A stretch of 60,430 nucleotides of DNA, filler included, from Squatina squatina (GCA_031763465.1; 3 parts of 3 records of this genome joined end to end with filler, not necessarily neighbours in it), one strand, 5' to 3'. Shown: positions 23,048-35,757, counted from the first letter of the whole stretch. The notes: generated from the sequence alone by a model not told the origin. Made by a program: numbers and translations.

Positions 23048-24317
23048 ATTAATTTCTACCCATTAGAGAAAGACAGAGAAAATGCCTCACTGTTGGCTAA
23101 CACTGATGCAGCATAACTCAAATTAATTCTATGTCTTGTTGTGCAACAATTAGCAAAAGATTTGAGACAAGAACACCTAAGACGGGCATTGCCTTTCAGC
23201 CAGGTTCTCCAGATCTACCTCAGAAATGGAGCTCATAAAAATAATTAAAAAGACATTGCAGTGTTTTAGTTTATTCTGCCTGTGGTTGCATGAATAGAAA
23301 TGCTTTAACCTGTGGGTTGCTCCTGTGTAGGTTCTATTTGAAGACAAGTGTTCCTACTGGCTTTCCAATAAATCAGCAAATGTTTCTTTAGGAATTCCTG
23401 TACTGTTTAATAATCCGTGTACAAATTCCCATTTTGTGTGATTTAAATTTCTATATGTTTGTGGATAAAATATATGATTGTTTAGCTGAAACGTTTGTTG
23501 TATTAAAAGAAATTGAGGTAATTTTATGATCATTGAAAACTAGTGCTAACTTGCTTCTTGGCCATTCAAAAAAAAAAGCTTGGCTTAGGTACCAGCCCAG
23601 ACGGACTGTTATTAACTATTTAATTCTGGTCTCCAGTGATGCATCCCAGCATCTTCTTCAGAGCATGTCGCCTTGAGCTCTGTGCTCCGTTAGGCACAGC
23701 TAATTCCAAGTGCTAATAAAATCTAGAGCATGCGACTCCATTGAGCAAAGTTGCACGAGCAGGTGAAGAGGTTCAAATGGTGCCATCTGGACTCGGCTCT
23801 CTTTAGAAACCTCCTTCAAACAGGGATTCATACCTGGAATCAGTAGAGTCGCGGAGTAGGCTACAGAATCGCTCAAAAGGCAGTTGGGNNNNNNNNNNNN
23901 NNNNNNNNNNNNNNNNNNNNNNNNNNNNNNNNNNNNNNNNNNNNNNNNNNNNNNNNNNNNNNNNNNNNNNNNNNNNNNNNNNNNNNNNAGGCGCTATAGA
24001 GCTGCAATTGTGTCTTTTTCTTAAAATTTAATTTCATGTCAAATTCATATATTCAAAAACAAAGAAGTAGATCAATGTCAATGGATAATGATAATGTCTT
24101 CACTTTTTACAAATTCAGTGCACCCAAAATCATGTATGTGTCTATCAATAATTTAAGATTTTTTTTTGATCAATTCTGATGGCTGGTCCACACCCAAAAT
24201 GTTAACCTATTCTTCTCTGTCCATATGCTGACAAATGTGCTGTGTATTTCCAGAATTTTCTGTTTTTTTTAATTGTCCAGAATATATTTTAATTAAATTT
24301 CCCTTTCTTTTTAATAG

Positions 24318-24523
24318 CTTGTTAACAGTGCCTTTAAGCCCAAAAATACGATCACTCAATCTCCATTGCAATCAAATCGCCAGAATTGAAGGCCTTGGCC
24401 AAGTGTGGCAGTTGCGGCATCTCGATCTCTCCTCCAATCAGATTACTCGTATAGAAGGATTGGAGACACTGGTGGCCTTACGTACACTGAATCTGTCCTG
24501 TAACTTTATAACCAAAGTAGAAG
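24318..24523 (+). CDS. LRRCC1: Leucine-rich repeat and coiled-coil centrosomal protein 1, LRR exon
   Basis: aatag| and |gtttgt splice sites; SLNLHCNQIARIEGLGQVWQLRHLDLSSNQITRIEGLETLVALRTLNLSCNFITKVE matches the recalled LRRCC1 N-terminus; lies upstream of E2F5 as in human. Confidence 0.9.
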
Positions 24524-24609
24524 GTTTGTAAATGTCATTGCACTGAAATCATATGTAAAACATTTCAAGTTAGCATATTATTGGGGTGTGCTAATTCTGC
24601 ATTTCTCTA

Positions 24610-24952
24610 CTTGCTCTAGACCTTGTTTAGGTCACAGTTAAGTATTGAATACAGTTTTGGGCACCCCATTGTAGAACGAACATTAAAAGAAAATGAGANN
24701 NNNNNNNNCAACGTGCATTTACCAAGATATTGCGAGGGATGAGGAGACACAGTTAGGAAGAGACACTTGAGAAACTGGGGCATTTCTCACTGGACCTGAG
24801 AAAGTTACTTAACCTGCAAAGGCTTCAGGTTAGAAAGGCTAATGATGTGTCAAATTGTGATAGATTGTTGCCACTGGATAGCTTTTTCCGAGAGCTAGTG
24901 CAGGCATGATGTGCTGAATGGCCTCCTGCACTGTAAAATTCTATGATTCTAT
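24610..24952 (+). mobile_element. Degraded CR1 LINE 3' end
   Basis: cagttttgggcacccca and 3' tail gctgaatggcctcctgcactgtaaaattctatgattcta. Confidence 0.7.
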
Positions 24953-25595
24953 AAAAATCTTAGATTCAAAGCCTATAATCTGACTTCAGTCCAAGTAATG
25001 TGAAGTTATTATTGTCCATGTCTGTTTTGGATGTCATCTATTGTGTGGATACTCAAGTAGAGCCTTCGTAAACTGGTTTATAAAAAATATATATTCTAAA
25101 TCTGTTGCTGCCATGTTTGACNNNNNNNNNNNNNNNNNNNNNNNNNNNNNNNNNNNNNNNNNNNNNNNNNNNNNNNNNNNNNNNNNNNNNNNNNNNNNNN
25201 NNNNNNNNNNNNNNNNNNNNNTAAAAACAAAAAATCTTTGTATATTACAATAACATTTTTGTGATTTTTCTACTAGTTGTGATATATGAGCATACAACTT
25301 GCTTGATGAATCACTCCTAGGACTATGACTTCACCTATAGTTGCAGCAACAAGAGCTTTTTTAAGGAGAGAAAGAGAATACCATCATCATGCCAAAAAGA
25401 ACAAACCAACCAGTCTTCTAACATGTTAAAATTAAAATTTTTACACAGATCTAAGAAAATAAGATTGAAACTGGAAAAGACTGTACGGAGTATTCATTTA
25501 GCACTTACTACTTTTAGGCTGTTTTTCTTAATGCAAAATGGTTCACATAAAAAAGTAAGGGTATTACAATTGAAAGCTGTTCCAAATTTTTTCAG

Positions 25596-25765
25596 GTTAC
25601 AGAGAAATAATGCTTCAATCTCTAACTCAGCTAACTGTACTAGATGGACTAAAGCGGTCTGGTGAACCTATCCATTCAAGTGAAGGAGGCCCCTTGGATA
25701 TACCTGGCTTAGAAGACTATTTGGAGTATTTGTTATCATCAGACTCTAGCCTAAATGTGGAAAAG
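25596..25765 (+). CDS. LRRCC1: LRRCC1 exon (LRR cap)
   Basis: tttcag| and |gtttgt splice sites; GYREIMLQSLTQLTVLDG is an LRRcap motif; ends LLSSDSSLNVEK. Confidence 0.85.
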
Positions 25766-26589
25766 GTTTGTATTTTGTTCCAGTTTTTTCACTCTGTAGA
25801 TCAGGAGTGTCCAAACTGGCCTGTCTGCTGTTCCCGGCTTTTTGGTCCGAGCAGTCTGGTCCATGAAGCTGAAGCAACNNNNNNNNNNTTAGTACTGTCG
25901 CCGCATTGGCAGATAAATCCTAAACCCGAACACCTAGATCTGTATCCACAGCTTGAGATAAATGCCCGTTAATGGAAACGTACTTTAAACTTCATATGTG
26001 GTCCAATAGGCTCCATGCTATGGATCTAAATGGCTCGTGAAGACAAAATGTTTGAACAATTCTCCTCTATGGCCCCTTTCTTTGAGGGTGAACAGCCAGC
26101 TGTGCAATGATTATATGCAAGAGGTCTGGAAAATTATCTGAATTGTCTAACTCTTAGTCAATGTTTTTCTTTTTGCACTTCCATCCTCTCTGGTAACTGC
26201 AGTTCAAGCGATCCCCAATGAACAGCAATTATGCATTTTTAAACAACTAACCAACCAACTTGGGATATGAGGAATTGGTGTGCAGCATTCCAATGTTATC
26301 ATAAGTGATTTGTGAATATCTTTTTCTGAAAGTGAGGTGAGAACAGTCCAATGGACTTCAATAATCCTGATATGTAGAACAGCAAATTATGAACATAACC
26401 TAAGAAATGGGAGCAGGAGTAGGCCTTTCGGCCCCTTGAGCCTGCTAGTGGCTGATCTACTACCTCAACGCCATTTTCCTGCACTATCCNNNNNNNNNNN
26501 NNNNNNNNNNNNNNNNNNNNNNNNNNNNNNNNNNNNNNNNNNNNNNNNNNNNNNNNNNNNNNNNNNNNNNNNNNNNNNNNNNNNNNNNN

Positions 26590-26685
26590 ACGTGCTATCC
26601 ACGATGTCCTCAGCATCGCGGATACTCCAGAGTGAATCCATCCGCAACTCCAACCGTTCAATACGGAAGAGAGACTGCAGCTGTT
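26590..26685 (-). mobile_element. CR1 ORF1 N-terminal coiled-coil fragment
   Basis: Minus translation RIERLELRMDSLWSIRDAEDIVDST resembles the ORF1 piece at 45290-45598. Confidence 0.6.
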
Positions 26686-26779
26686 AAATTTTTAAAAAAT
26701 CTTTTTATAAAAAAAAAGGAAGACCACTAGTCATTGTCAATTCTCAAATATAATTTGGGAGTAATACCGCCCTTCATAA

Positions 26780-27292
26780 ACTTAAGCTCATCCAAAACTC
26801 TGCCGCCCCTGTCCTGACTCGCACCAAGTTCCATTCACCCATCACCCTTGTGCTCGGTGACCTACATTGGCTCCCGGTTGAGCAATGTCTCGATTTTAAA
26901 ATTCTTGTCCTTGTTTTCAAATCCCTCCATGGCCTCACCCCTCATATCTCTATAACCTCTCCAGCCCTACAACCCTCTGAGATATCTATGCTCCTCCAAT
27001 TCTGGTGTCTTGTGCACCCCCAATGTTATTTGTTTCACCATTGGCAGCCGTGCCTACACCTGCTGAGGCCTTAAGCTCTGGAATTCCCTCCCTAAACCTT
27101 TCTGCCTCTCTACCTCTCCCTCCTTTTAACCAGCTCCTTTAAACCTACGTCTTTGACCAAGCTTTTGGTCATCTGCCCTAATATCTCCATATGTGGTTCG
27201 GTATCAAATTTTGTTTGATAATCGCTCCTGTGAAGCGCCTTAGGATGTTTTACTCCATTAAAGGCGCTATATAAATACAAGTTATTCAGCAA
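26780..27292 (+). mobile_element. L2-clade LINE 3' end
   Basis: LIQNSAAPVLTRTK..PITLVLGDLHWLPVEQCLDFKILVLVFKSLHGLTP is the L2 ORF2 C-terminus; tail aaaggcgctatataaatacaagtt. Confidence 0.9.
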
Positions 27293-29054
27293 CAATTATT
27301 TCAATATGTAAATATTTTTCAAGTAAAGGAGTTATGTATGCCATTTTCAGAAAGGACAGAAAAAAGTAGATGTTAAAATTCTAAATATTGTGGCAAATAG
27401 CTGCCATATATCTTCCAGGTTTACTGGATCCATTCATAATATACACACCACGCTTTGTACCCCAAACTACATACATTTTAGTATCCATATCTAACACAGC
27501 ATTTCACCCCACCCACATGCACACACATTTATAATACTTTTTATGCGGACACGGTATTTATTTTACTTTACATTATATCACGTAGCACAGAAAACACGTT
27601 GCAGGATAATCTGCAACCGAATGGCAAAACAGCATCTCCTACAAAACCTAATTTCTGTTATTCATCAACTGTCTGGTAGGTTTTCCTGTTGAGACAAATG
27701 TGTGTATGGATAAAAAATAGCAGAAGCAAACCAGCTTAATGCGGTTCATTGGCGGTATTCCCATGTTCTGGCACGGGCCAAACAGTAATTCTCAAGTGTT
27801 CTCGTTAGCTGCTGCCCCTGTGATTTAGTGCTTTATTTTAATCCACTTGGCTTTAGATCAGAGGAACCCTGACAGTTCATCAGACATTTTTTTTCATTTT
27901 GTAACTCTAATTCCAAGCATTAATAATGAGCTTATCTGGCTTTCCTGTTTTCTTCATTGATACTAACCGTGTCATGTTTGGTTCCAAAGAAAGTGCTGTT
28001 TGAAGGAGATATAAGCTTATCTGTGGAAGAAGATAAATTTATGTTTGTGTTTTTAAATCATTGAAAACCCAGCAGTGTTTAAATTATTTTTGTTAAAATC
28101 ATCAAAATTGTTTCAAGTTGTTAGTTTGGTCAGTCGTATTGCTTCCAAAGCAGTTTTGTATTCTACAGAACTCACAAAGATAAGTTAATTCACTTTCAAT
28201 TCATCTAGCATTCTGCTAGCACAACACAGCCTTATTTAATTATTGATTAGCAGAGAGTCCATTGTTTGAAAATACCTGATTGCCCCGTGGCTATACATTA
28301 TTCAAAATGTAAGTTGTGAATTATATGAAAACTCCTTAACGTTTCTGTAAATGCTTATTCCTCTTTTTTTGGGAAAATATCACAGAATCTGTGAGTTCTN
28401 NNNNNNNNNCTGAGGAAACATAGTTGACCTCAGTAAGAGGAAATAATAAACTAATTTTGTTTAATATGCGCAGGAGCTGATTGCTCATTTCTTGGAGAAT
28501 GCTTTAAATATGTAATTAATATTACATGTATAAATATATATTTGCCAAAGTGAGTGTTATTTAATCAGCATACTTCCTTCTATATAAACCCCTTCAATAC
28601 AATATATATTACTTTGGTCATGCACTCCAGTTTTTTAATATTGGAGCATACAATCTTAAACGTTTGAGTTTAATTTAGTCAGTTATTTTCTTGATTTTCA
28701 ATTCAAATNNNNNNNNNNNNNNNNNNNNNNNNNNNNNNNNNNNNNNNNNNNNNNNNNNNNNNNNNNNNNNNNNNNNNNNNNNNNNNNNNNNNNNNNNNNN
28801 NNNNNNNNACCACATCACTGAACGTCCTAGCTCTTATTTTAACGATATGCCCCCTTGTTCTGGACTCCCTCACCAGAGGAAATCATTTATCTCAATCCCC
28901 TTTCAATTAATCGAATTATCTTAAACACCTCAAATGCTACACAATCGTTTGACTTAAATAAAATTTATGATTTTCTTCCCTGTAATGATTCATGCTCATA
29001 TTGGAGAGAGGAGATAGATAAAGCAAGATGATTTGTTTGTACTTCTTCTAACTT

Positions 29055-29350
29055 CTGTACTGTATTCGCTGCTCACGATGCAGTCTCTTCTACACTGGGG
29101 AGACCAAAGGCGGATTGGTTGATCAGTTGCTGAACATCTCCGCTCAGTCCACAAGTGTGACCCTGAGCTTCCGGTTGCATGCTACTTCAATTCTCTGGCC
29201 CACTCCCACTCTGATCCCTCTCTCCTCAGCCTGCTACACTATTCCAATGAAGCTCAAGGAAAGCTCGAGGAACAAACAGCATCACATCTTTCTCTGAGGC
29301 AACCTGCAACCCTCTGCTCGGAATACTGACCAGTAATTTCAGGCCTTAGC
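29055..29350 (+). mobile_element. Penelope-like GIY-YIG endonuclease fragment
   Basis: YCIRCSRCSLFYTGETK...EHLRSVHKCDPELPVACYFNS (with a frameshift) matches the Penelope GIY-YIG pattern CxxC..YxGET. Confidence 0.8.
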
Positions 29351-29593
29351 TATATCCATCATTTTCTTTACAGCAAGGAATAATGGTGAGAGAAGACAGG
29401 TTGACATTTTAGGCACAGATCATGACATCTGTATTGATAAGATAATTCAGCGTACACTCCTAATTCAGCACACACTCCTGTTTTGTTTGGGAAACGCTAC
29501 ACATGTTTGTTTTATTTTAGTTTAGAGTAGATTTGAAAGATGGAGCATTATCAGTAGTGTAAAATGATTAAAGCAAAAGCATTTCTTCCATAG

Positions 29594-29795
29594 GAAAGAA
29601 ATAGAATCCAGAGTTACTTTGAGTGGACCAGAATTTCAAGCTGCTTTGTCCAGAGAGGTAACAAACGAAAAAGAGAGACATGTTCAGCAATTGAAAGGAT
29701 ATCAAGAAAAAAATGATCTATTAAACCAGCAGTATATTATTTTGGAGGATGAATTTCGGATGGCTCTTACCATTGAAGCAAATCGATTTAAAGAG
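29594..29795 (+). CDS. LRRCC1: LRRCC1 coiled-coil exon
   Basis: ccatag| and |gtaatt splice sites; EFQAALSREV...YQEKNDLLNQQYIILEDEFRMALTIEANRFKE resembles recalled human LENEFRIALTVEARRF. Confidence 0.87.
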
Positions 29796-30985
29796 GTAAT
29801 TAAAGATCATCATTATATTTTGAGGGGGAAAAGAACATCTGCAGCCTATAAAAATCCAATAAATTAAGATTTAATATTTGCCATTGAAACATTTAAAGTT
29901 GGTCGAAATGTATTAATTTTTTGAGTCCATTTCAGGCAATTTAGTCATATATAAAAGTAAAGATTTTTGGTTATGACTTGTTAGTTGGATCAGTAAAGAC
30001 AACTGCCTGCTTCATTATAACACCTATTTATGAAATGTACATTATTTCAGCTGTAGTTTAAAAATTTATAAAGAATTCACAATGGACTCAGGAGCTACAC
30101 ACAGCACTGTCTTAATATATGTTAAAACAATGATAAGAGTAGAGAGACTAATAGGTTCAAATACACAAATCTTTTAAAAACTGATGGAAGTGTTCAAAGT
30201 TATGAGTTTTTTTGATGACATAAATTAAGAAAACTATTTCTGCTGTTTGGGCAGTTAGTAACTAGAGGGCAGAAATTAAAGATCAGCACNNNNNNNNNNN
30301 NNNNNNNNNNNNNNNNNNNNNNNNNNNNNNNNNNNNNNNNNNNNNNNNNNNNNNNNNNNNNNNNNNNNNNNNNNNNNNNNNNNNNNNNNGCACCTTTTTT
30401 AAAAAAAAAAAAGCACAGCATACCAAACAGGTACAATTAGCAGAAACTTGCTATGGAGCTTAATTCGATCTGAGGCTGTGACCAGTTTTATTGGCAGGGC
30501 CAGCTTCCAGTACGATGTTTTTTGAACCAGCGTAAAAGATCGCGGAAACCCGATTTGCCAAGATGTAACTTGCGCTTGAAATTCCTCGATCTTTTGCACT
30601 GGTTTGGCCAATTTGGGCAAATTGCACTGGGAAAACCAGCATAAAATACCCCAAAAATTCTATATTTATACCAGGCATTGAATTTTTAGTTTGTGTTACT
30701 ATGCAGTAATGTGAATTGGCTAAGTATTTTTTANNNNNNNNNNTGGAATAGAAATGTTCCAGTGTGAGTAATTTAATGATGGAAAGCAATATAACTGAAA
30801 TATCTAAATTATACCTAAGTTTGGGAAAGTTCTAATGAATCATTAATTTGAGATTTAATCCCATTTTTATTTTGAATGCCTGCGGGAAGTAGGGCCTATT
30901 AAAGCAGATATGGCTGTGGCTTGCCTTACCTCCTAAATAGGCCTTCCATGCTTTTTTTAAAAAAAACTATTATTTGCCCTTGCAG

Positions 30986-31194
30986 GCTTTGCAAGAGAGA
31001 GATGAACAGATTAGGAAAATTCGCGAGGAAAACCTGCAGGATAAAAGGACCTTCCACGATCAATTAGAGGATGAAGCTGCAATATCACAAGATCTGAAGG
31101 AAAAGGTAGAGAGACTTTCAGAGCGTAAAAAAGAACTAAAGCAACAGCTTGAAGAAAAAGAAGCCAAGCTGGAGGAAACAAAAAGGGCCTTTAG
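30986..31194 (+). CDS. LRRCC1: LRRCC1 coiled-coil exon
   Basis: tgcag| and |gtaaat splice sites; ALQERDEQIRKI...KVERLSERKKELKQQLEEKEAKLEETKRAF. Confidence 0.82.
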
Positions 31195-31639
31195 GTAAAT
31201 GCTAAATGTTGGTACCATTATCACAAAATTATATACTCAACAGAATAATGAAGCAATGGTCTATTTTAGTTTGCAACATTAATTAGTCTCACTGTGGCTA
31301 ATAATNNNNNNNNNNNNNNNNNNNNNNNNNNNNNNNNNNNNNNNNNNNNNNNNNNNNNNNNNNNNNNNNNNNNNNNNNNNNNNNNNNNNNNNNNNNNNNN
31401 NNNNNTTCCATCTTGCCAATATTTAGTTGGAGGAAATTTCTGCTCATCCATCCAGTACTGGATGTGGGGCGAGCAGTCTGACAATTCAGAGACAGTGGAG
31501 AGAGGTGGTGGTGGTGGTGAGGTAGAGCTGGGCGTCGGCAGCATATATTTGGAAACTGACTGGGTAACTCAGGTGCCTGTAGTGTAACAAAATCCGTTTA
31601 AACATGTTGCGTTATTTTAACTAAACATGCTTTCAGCTC

Positions 31640-31827
31640 GCTCTCCTGAGGCCGAGGCCCGGGCGCATTAGCCATTCACCGACTGTCGCCGGTAGAGTCT
31701 GTGCTCCTCGGTTGCCATGGTGTTGCCGCAGACGTCACTTCCTGGATTTTAAACGGTGGCCAGCCTGCCCCGCGGCGTCTGATTGGTGCCTTGGTTGGCT
31801 GTTGCAACGTCACAATCGCTCTTCACT
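31640..31827 (+). promoter_or_regulatory. CpG-rich E2F5 promoter / 5' UTR
   Basis: CpG-dense segment before the ATG, with GTTGCCATGG (RFX X-box-like, 31711), GACGTCACTTCCTG (CRE/ETS composite, 31731-31744) and ATTGG (inverted CCAAT, 31782). Confidence 0.6.
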
Positions 31828-31986
31828 ATGGCCGAGTCCGGCCGTGACGCGAGCCTTTTGAACGGCGCTGGCAATGGAAGCAGGGGCGCGGGCTCGAGCC
31901 GGCACGAGAAGAGCCTCGGGCTGCTCACCACCAGATTCGTGTCGCTGCTGCAGGAGGCGAAGGACGGGGTGCTGGACCTCAAACAG
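31828..31986 (+). CDS. E2F5: Transcription factor E2F5, first coding exon
   Basis: actATGg start; [30 protein letters not shown] begins the E2F4/5 DNA-binding domain; donor |gtcagc. The RRIYD exon is not visible (gap 32595-32693). Confidence 0.92.
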
Positions 31987-32084
31987 GTCAGCTCGCAGAC
32001 TGGGCGACGCAGCGCTCCGAGCACCGCTGCAGGAGCGGAGCGGAGTGGGGCGGGGCGAGGAGGGGAGGCAGGATGGAGGTGAGA

Positions 32085-32594
32085 GGACAGGGAGGGAGGA
32101 GGGGGATCAGTATTAATTAAAGATTCTAGAGAGGACGAGAAGGGAGGAGGAGGATCAGTAATAATCAAAGATTCTAGTCAGGATGAGAAGGGAGGAGGAG
32201 GTCAGTATTAATCAAAGATTCTAGACAGGACGAGAAGGGAGGAGGGGGATCAGCATTGATCAATGATTCTAGACAGGACTAGAAGGGAGGAGGGGGATCA
32301 TCATTAATCAAAGATTCTAGACAGGACTAGAAGGGAGGAAGAGGATCAGTTTTAATCAAAGATCCTCGACAGGACGAGAAGGGAGGAGGAGGATCAGTAT
32401 GAATCAAAGATTCTTGATAGGACGAGAAGAGAGGAGGAGGATCAGTATTAATCAAAGATTCTAGAGAGGACGAGAAGGGTGGAGGAGGATGAGTATTAAT
32501 CAAAGATTCTAGTCAGGATGAGTAGGGAGGAGGGAGATCAGTATTAATCAAAGATTCTAGACAGGACGAGAAGGGAGGAGAGGGAACAGTATTN
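32085..32594. repeat. Purine-rich minisatellite, ~48-bp unit, ~10 copies, in E2F5 intron 1
   Basis: Unit aggacgagaagggaggaggaggatcagtattaatcaaagattctagac. Confidence 0.95.
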
Positions 32595-32749
32595 NNNNNN
32601 NNNNNNNNNNNNNNNNNNNNNNNNNNNNNNNNNNNNNNNNNNNNNNNNNNNNNNNNNNNNNNNNNNNNNNNNNNNNNNNNNNNNNNNNNNNNNATTACCC
32701 AGTTCACACTGGCCCACGTATAACTTAAACTTTTTCTTCTTTTTAATAG

Positions 32750-32911
32750 GGGTGTTGGTCCAGGATGCAACACTAAGGAAATCATAGATCGATTGAGGTT
32801 CCTAAAAGCAGAGATTGAAGAACTGGAAACAAGGGAAAAAGAACTTGATCAACAGAAAATGTGGCTACAGCAGAGTATTGAAAACATAACCGATAACACA
32901 CACAATAATAG
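32750..32911 (+). CDS. E2F5: E2F5 exon (DP-dimerisation coiled coil), 162 nt
   Basis: aatag| acceptor; [53 protein letters not shown](R); followed by the U12 donor ATATCCTTT. Confidence 0.95.
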
Positions 32912-33291
32912 ATATCCTTTCTAGTTAAGCAACACTCTGTACCTCTTGGAAAAACTCAATATCCTGTTTAGACTGAACAGTTCAGGATCTTTGCATGGAA
33001 TACCGTAACCTTTAATGCAGGATACTCATATACTTTTAAATATTCCTCATTGTTATCCAAGTGTCACTGAGCTGAGAGGCTTGTTCATATGGCGCATATG
33101 CTTTACATAAGCAATGGAGTTCAGATTGGATACTGATTAATACTTGTAACTATGTTGTTAAACTGTAAATTGTACTAAACACCTGAGATCGGAAACATTG
33201 GAAAACTAATAGCCTACTACAAAAGTGCTGCTTAAATGTATTTATAACTTACTTGAGCACTACCTTTTCTCATTCTCCTTAACTGCTTTAC
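32912..33291 (+). other. U12-type (minor spliceosome) AT-AC intron, 380 nt
   Basis: 5' ATATCCTTT, branch site TCCTTAAC at 33276-33283, terminal AC at 33290-33291; splicing keeps the E2F frame (NNR-LAY). Confidence 0.93.
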
Positions 33292-33335
33292 ATTGGCCTA
33301 TACAACTCATGAAGATGTCTGCAAGTGCTTTCAAG
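33292..33335 (+). CDS. E2F5: E2F5 44-nt exon (start of marked box)
   Basis: LAYTTHEDVCKCFQG resembles recalled human FSYVTHEDICNCFNG; donor |gtttgt. Confidence 0.92.
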
Positions 33336-34539
33336 GTTTGTTAATATCCATCTTTACTATTCTCTGTTAATTGTTTATTCTGAGAATGCCAAACCTCCTC
33401 TTTCTCTCTGAACTGTGCATCCACATATGTCCAACCTGCTCCCAGGCCTGTGCCAATGACACTCTGAGACAACTGCTTTGAGATGGTGGTAGTGATCCAG
33501 GGGCAACTCCACTTCTCTTCTATACCCCTAGTGAGGAGATAATATGCCCCTTCATTGAGCGTCTCCCTATAGCTGTGTATCTGAGATGAGCAGCTCAGTG
33601 GCACCAGATAGGAATTGAACCAGTGTGATGGTGAATAAACTGAGTCACCAACATGCTGTGCTGCTTATTTCAGTAGCTGTTACCTCTTTAACAATGGCTT
33701 AATAGTTTGCTAGTAGAGTACTCCAAGATTTTTATCTTTGTGGGCCACAAAAGTTTGTATCATGGAGGCTTGGGAACCATATATAAAAATTAAATCCATT
33801 TTTCTATTAATTTGTATAANNNNNNNNNNNNNNNNNNNNNNNNNNNNNNNNNNNNNNNNNNNNNNNNNNNNNNNNNNNNNNNNNNNNNNNNNNNNNNNNN
33901 NNNNNNNNNNNNNNNNNNNTGTAACCCTGCTACTAACCTCATCAGTGGGATGGCACCTCTAACAATGCAGAAAACATTGCCGTGCCCCAATTTGGAAGCT
34001 GTACCAAAAATGTTAAGGCAGTTTTAAAGTAAATGTTTTATATTAAAGAAAGTTTGAAAACAACAGTGCACTTTTGATTAATTAGTAACTAAGGATTTCT
34101 GTAGTGTAGCCCTGTGATTAGCTTATTTGAATAAATATACCCATATGGTAATACCGAGAGATACAAAATTTTGTCCTGCACTTTTTATTGCTACTAACCA
34201 CGACAGCACCTTTTTGAAGTATGTGCCAGTACATATCTGTGACATTTACTTAAATTGTTAATACAACATCCAAATTGCATTTGTATTAATCTGAGTATTT
34301 ATGAATTAAACTTAGTTCATATTGGACCGTGCTCTCAATAATGAATTCATATGTGACACTAAATATGGAGTAACTCATTCACTGTTGGGTGGTCAATATG
34401 AAATGATCTTTATCTAAGAGTGGGCACTAAATATGGAATAACTCATTATCTGACCGAGCATGAGGCATGCGTAAAGTGGGAAAGAGAACCTTGAAATAGA
34501 GAGGGGAAGAAAGACTGTTGACATAAAAATAATAATGAA

Positions 34540-34905
34540 AATGGTAATTGTTACTGGACTAGTAATCTGGAGACCTGGTATAACCCAGAGAATGCAAATT
34601 CCATCATAGTTTAATTAAAAAATCTGGTATTGATAAAAGTGACCATGAAGTTGTCTGTCATTAAAAACCCAACTGGTTCACTAAAATCCTTTGGGGAAGA
34701 AATACTGTACTTACCCAGTCTAACCTATATGTGACTCCAGTCCAGCATCAATGTGGTTGACTGCTGAATTGTATCAAATTGCTGCAACCTAACCACACCA
34801 ACTGCAGCAGTTCAAGAAAAAGGCCTATTATTATCTTCTTGGGTCAACTAGATGTGCAATAACTGCCAGACTTGCCAGTGAAGCCCATGGCCCGAGAATG
34901 ATTTT
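34540..34905 (+). mobile_element. Shark tRNA-derived SINE
   Basis: actggactagtaatctggag head and aaaaacccaactggttcactaa...atgtgactccag core; same family as 3255-3610. Confidence 0.65.
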
Positions 34906-35106
34906 TTTTTTTAAATGGGTGAGGCATGGAGTGAAGGAATTAGTGTGATACAAGCAGCAACAATTGCATCAACAGTCTGTGAGCAGATACACCAGCGATC
35001 AACTTGTATCTTGTTTTTTTAAATGTGTATAAAATGGAATTATATATTTAAATGTGTATTAACCCAAGGAATCTTTGTAAAATTTATTTTCTCTTTCCAA
35101 TAAAAG

Positions 35107-35365
35107 GGACCAAATGGACAAAAGAAATACCAGATTAATTTGAAGAGTCAGTCGGGACCTATTCACGTTCTACTTATTAATAAGGAGTCCAACTCCGCAA
35201 AGCCTGTCGTGTTTCCAGTTCCTCCACCAGACGACCTAATGCAACCACAGCAAGATCTTGCAATACCATCATCCCCACAAAAATTCCCTTCAACTCCACT
35301 TCCATCAGACCGAGTTGCCTCCTTAAAGGACCTTGTTCAGGTTCCATTACCCAGACAATCTCCTG
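35107..35365 (+). CDS. E2F5: E2F5 exon (end of marked box and Pro/Ser-rich region)
   Basis: [47 protein letters not shown] is E2F5-type rather than E2F4-type. The 3' boundary at |gtgcgt is the likely donor but is less certain. Confidence 0.9.
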
Positions 35366-35489
35366 GTGCGTGGTGGAAAATGAGTGACTTACATTAACAC
35401 AGAGTATGTACAAAAGATGCCCAGTTTTGTGTACAATTTTTCTGTGGGTATATATCATTGTACCGTACAAAGTTCTTGTAGGGCTCAAC

Positions 35490-35757
35490 ATGGTAGGTGC
35501 AGGGAGGATGTTTCCCTGGCTGGGAAGTCTAGAACCAGGGGTCACAGTCTCAGAATAAGGGGTAGGCCATTTAGGACTGAGATGAGGAGAAATTTCTTCA
35601 CTNNNNNNNNNNNNNNNNNNNNNNNNNNNNNNNNNNNNNNNNNNNNNNNNNNNNNNNNNNNNNNNNNNNNNNNNNNNNNNNNNNNNNNNNNNNNNNNNNN
35701 NNCTCGAGGGGCCGAATGGCCAACTCCTGCTCCTATTTCTTATGTTCTTATGTTCTT
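35490..35757 (+). mobile_element. CR1 LINE 3' end (gapped)
   Basis: SRTRGHSLRIRGRPFRTEMRRNFFT and tail gccgaatggccaactcctgctcctatttcttatgttcttatg. Confidence 0.88.
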
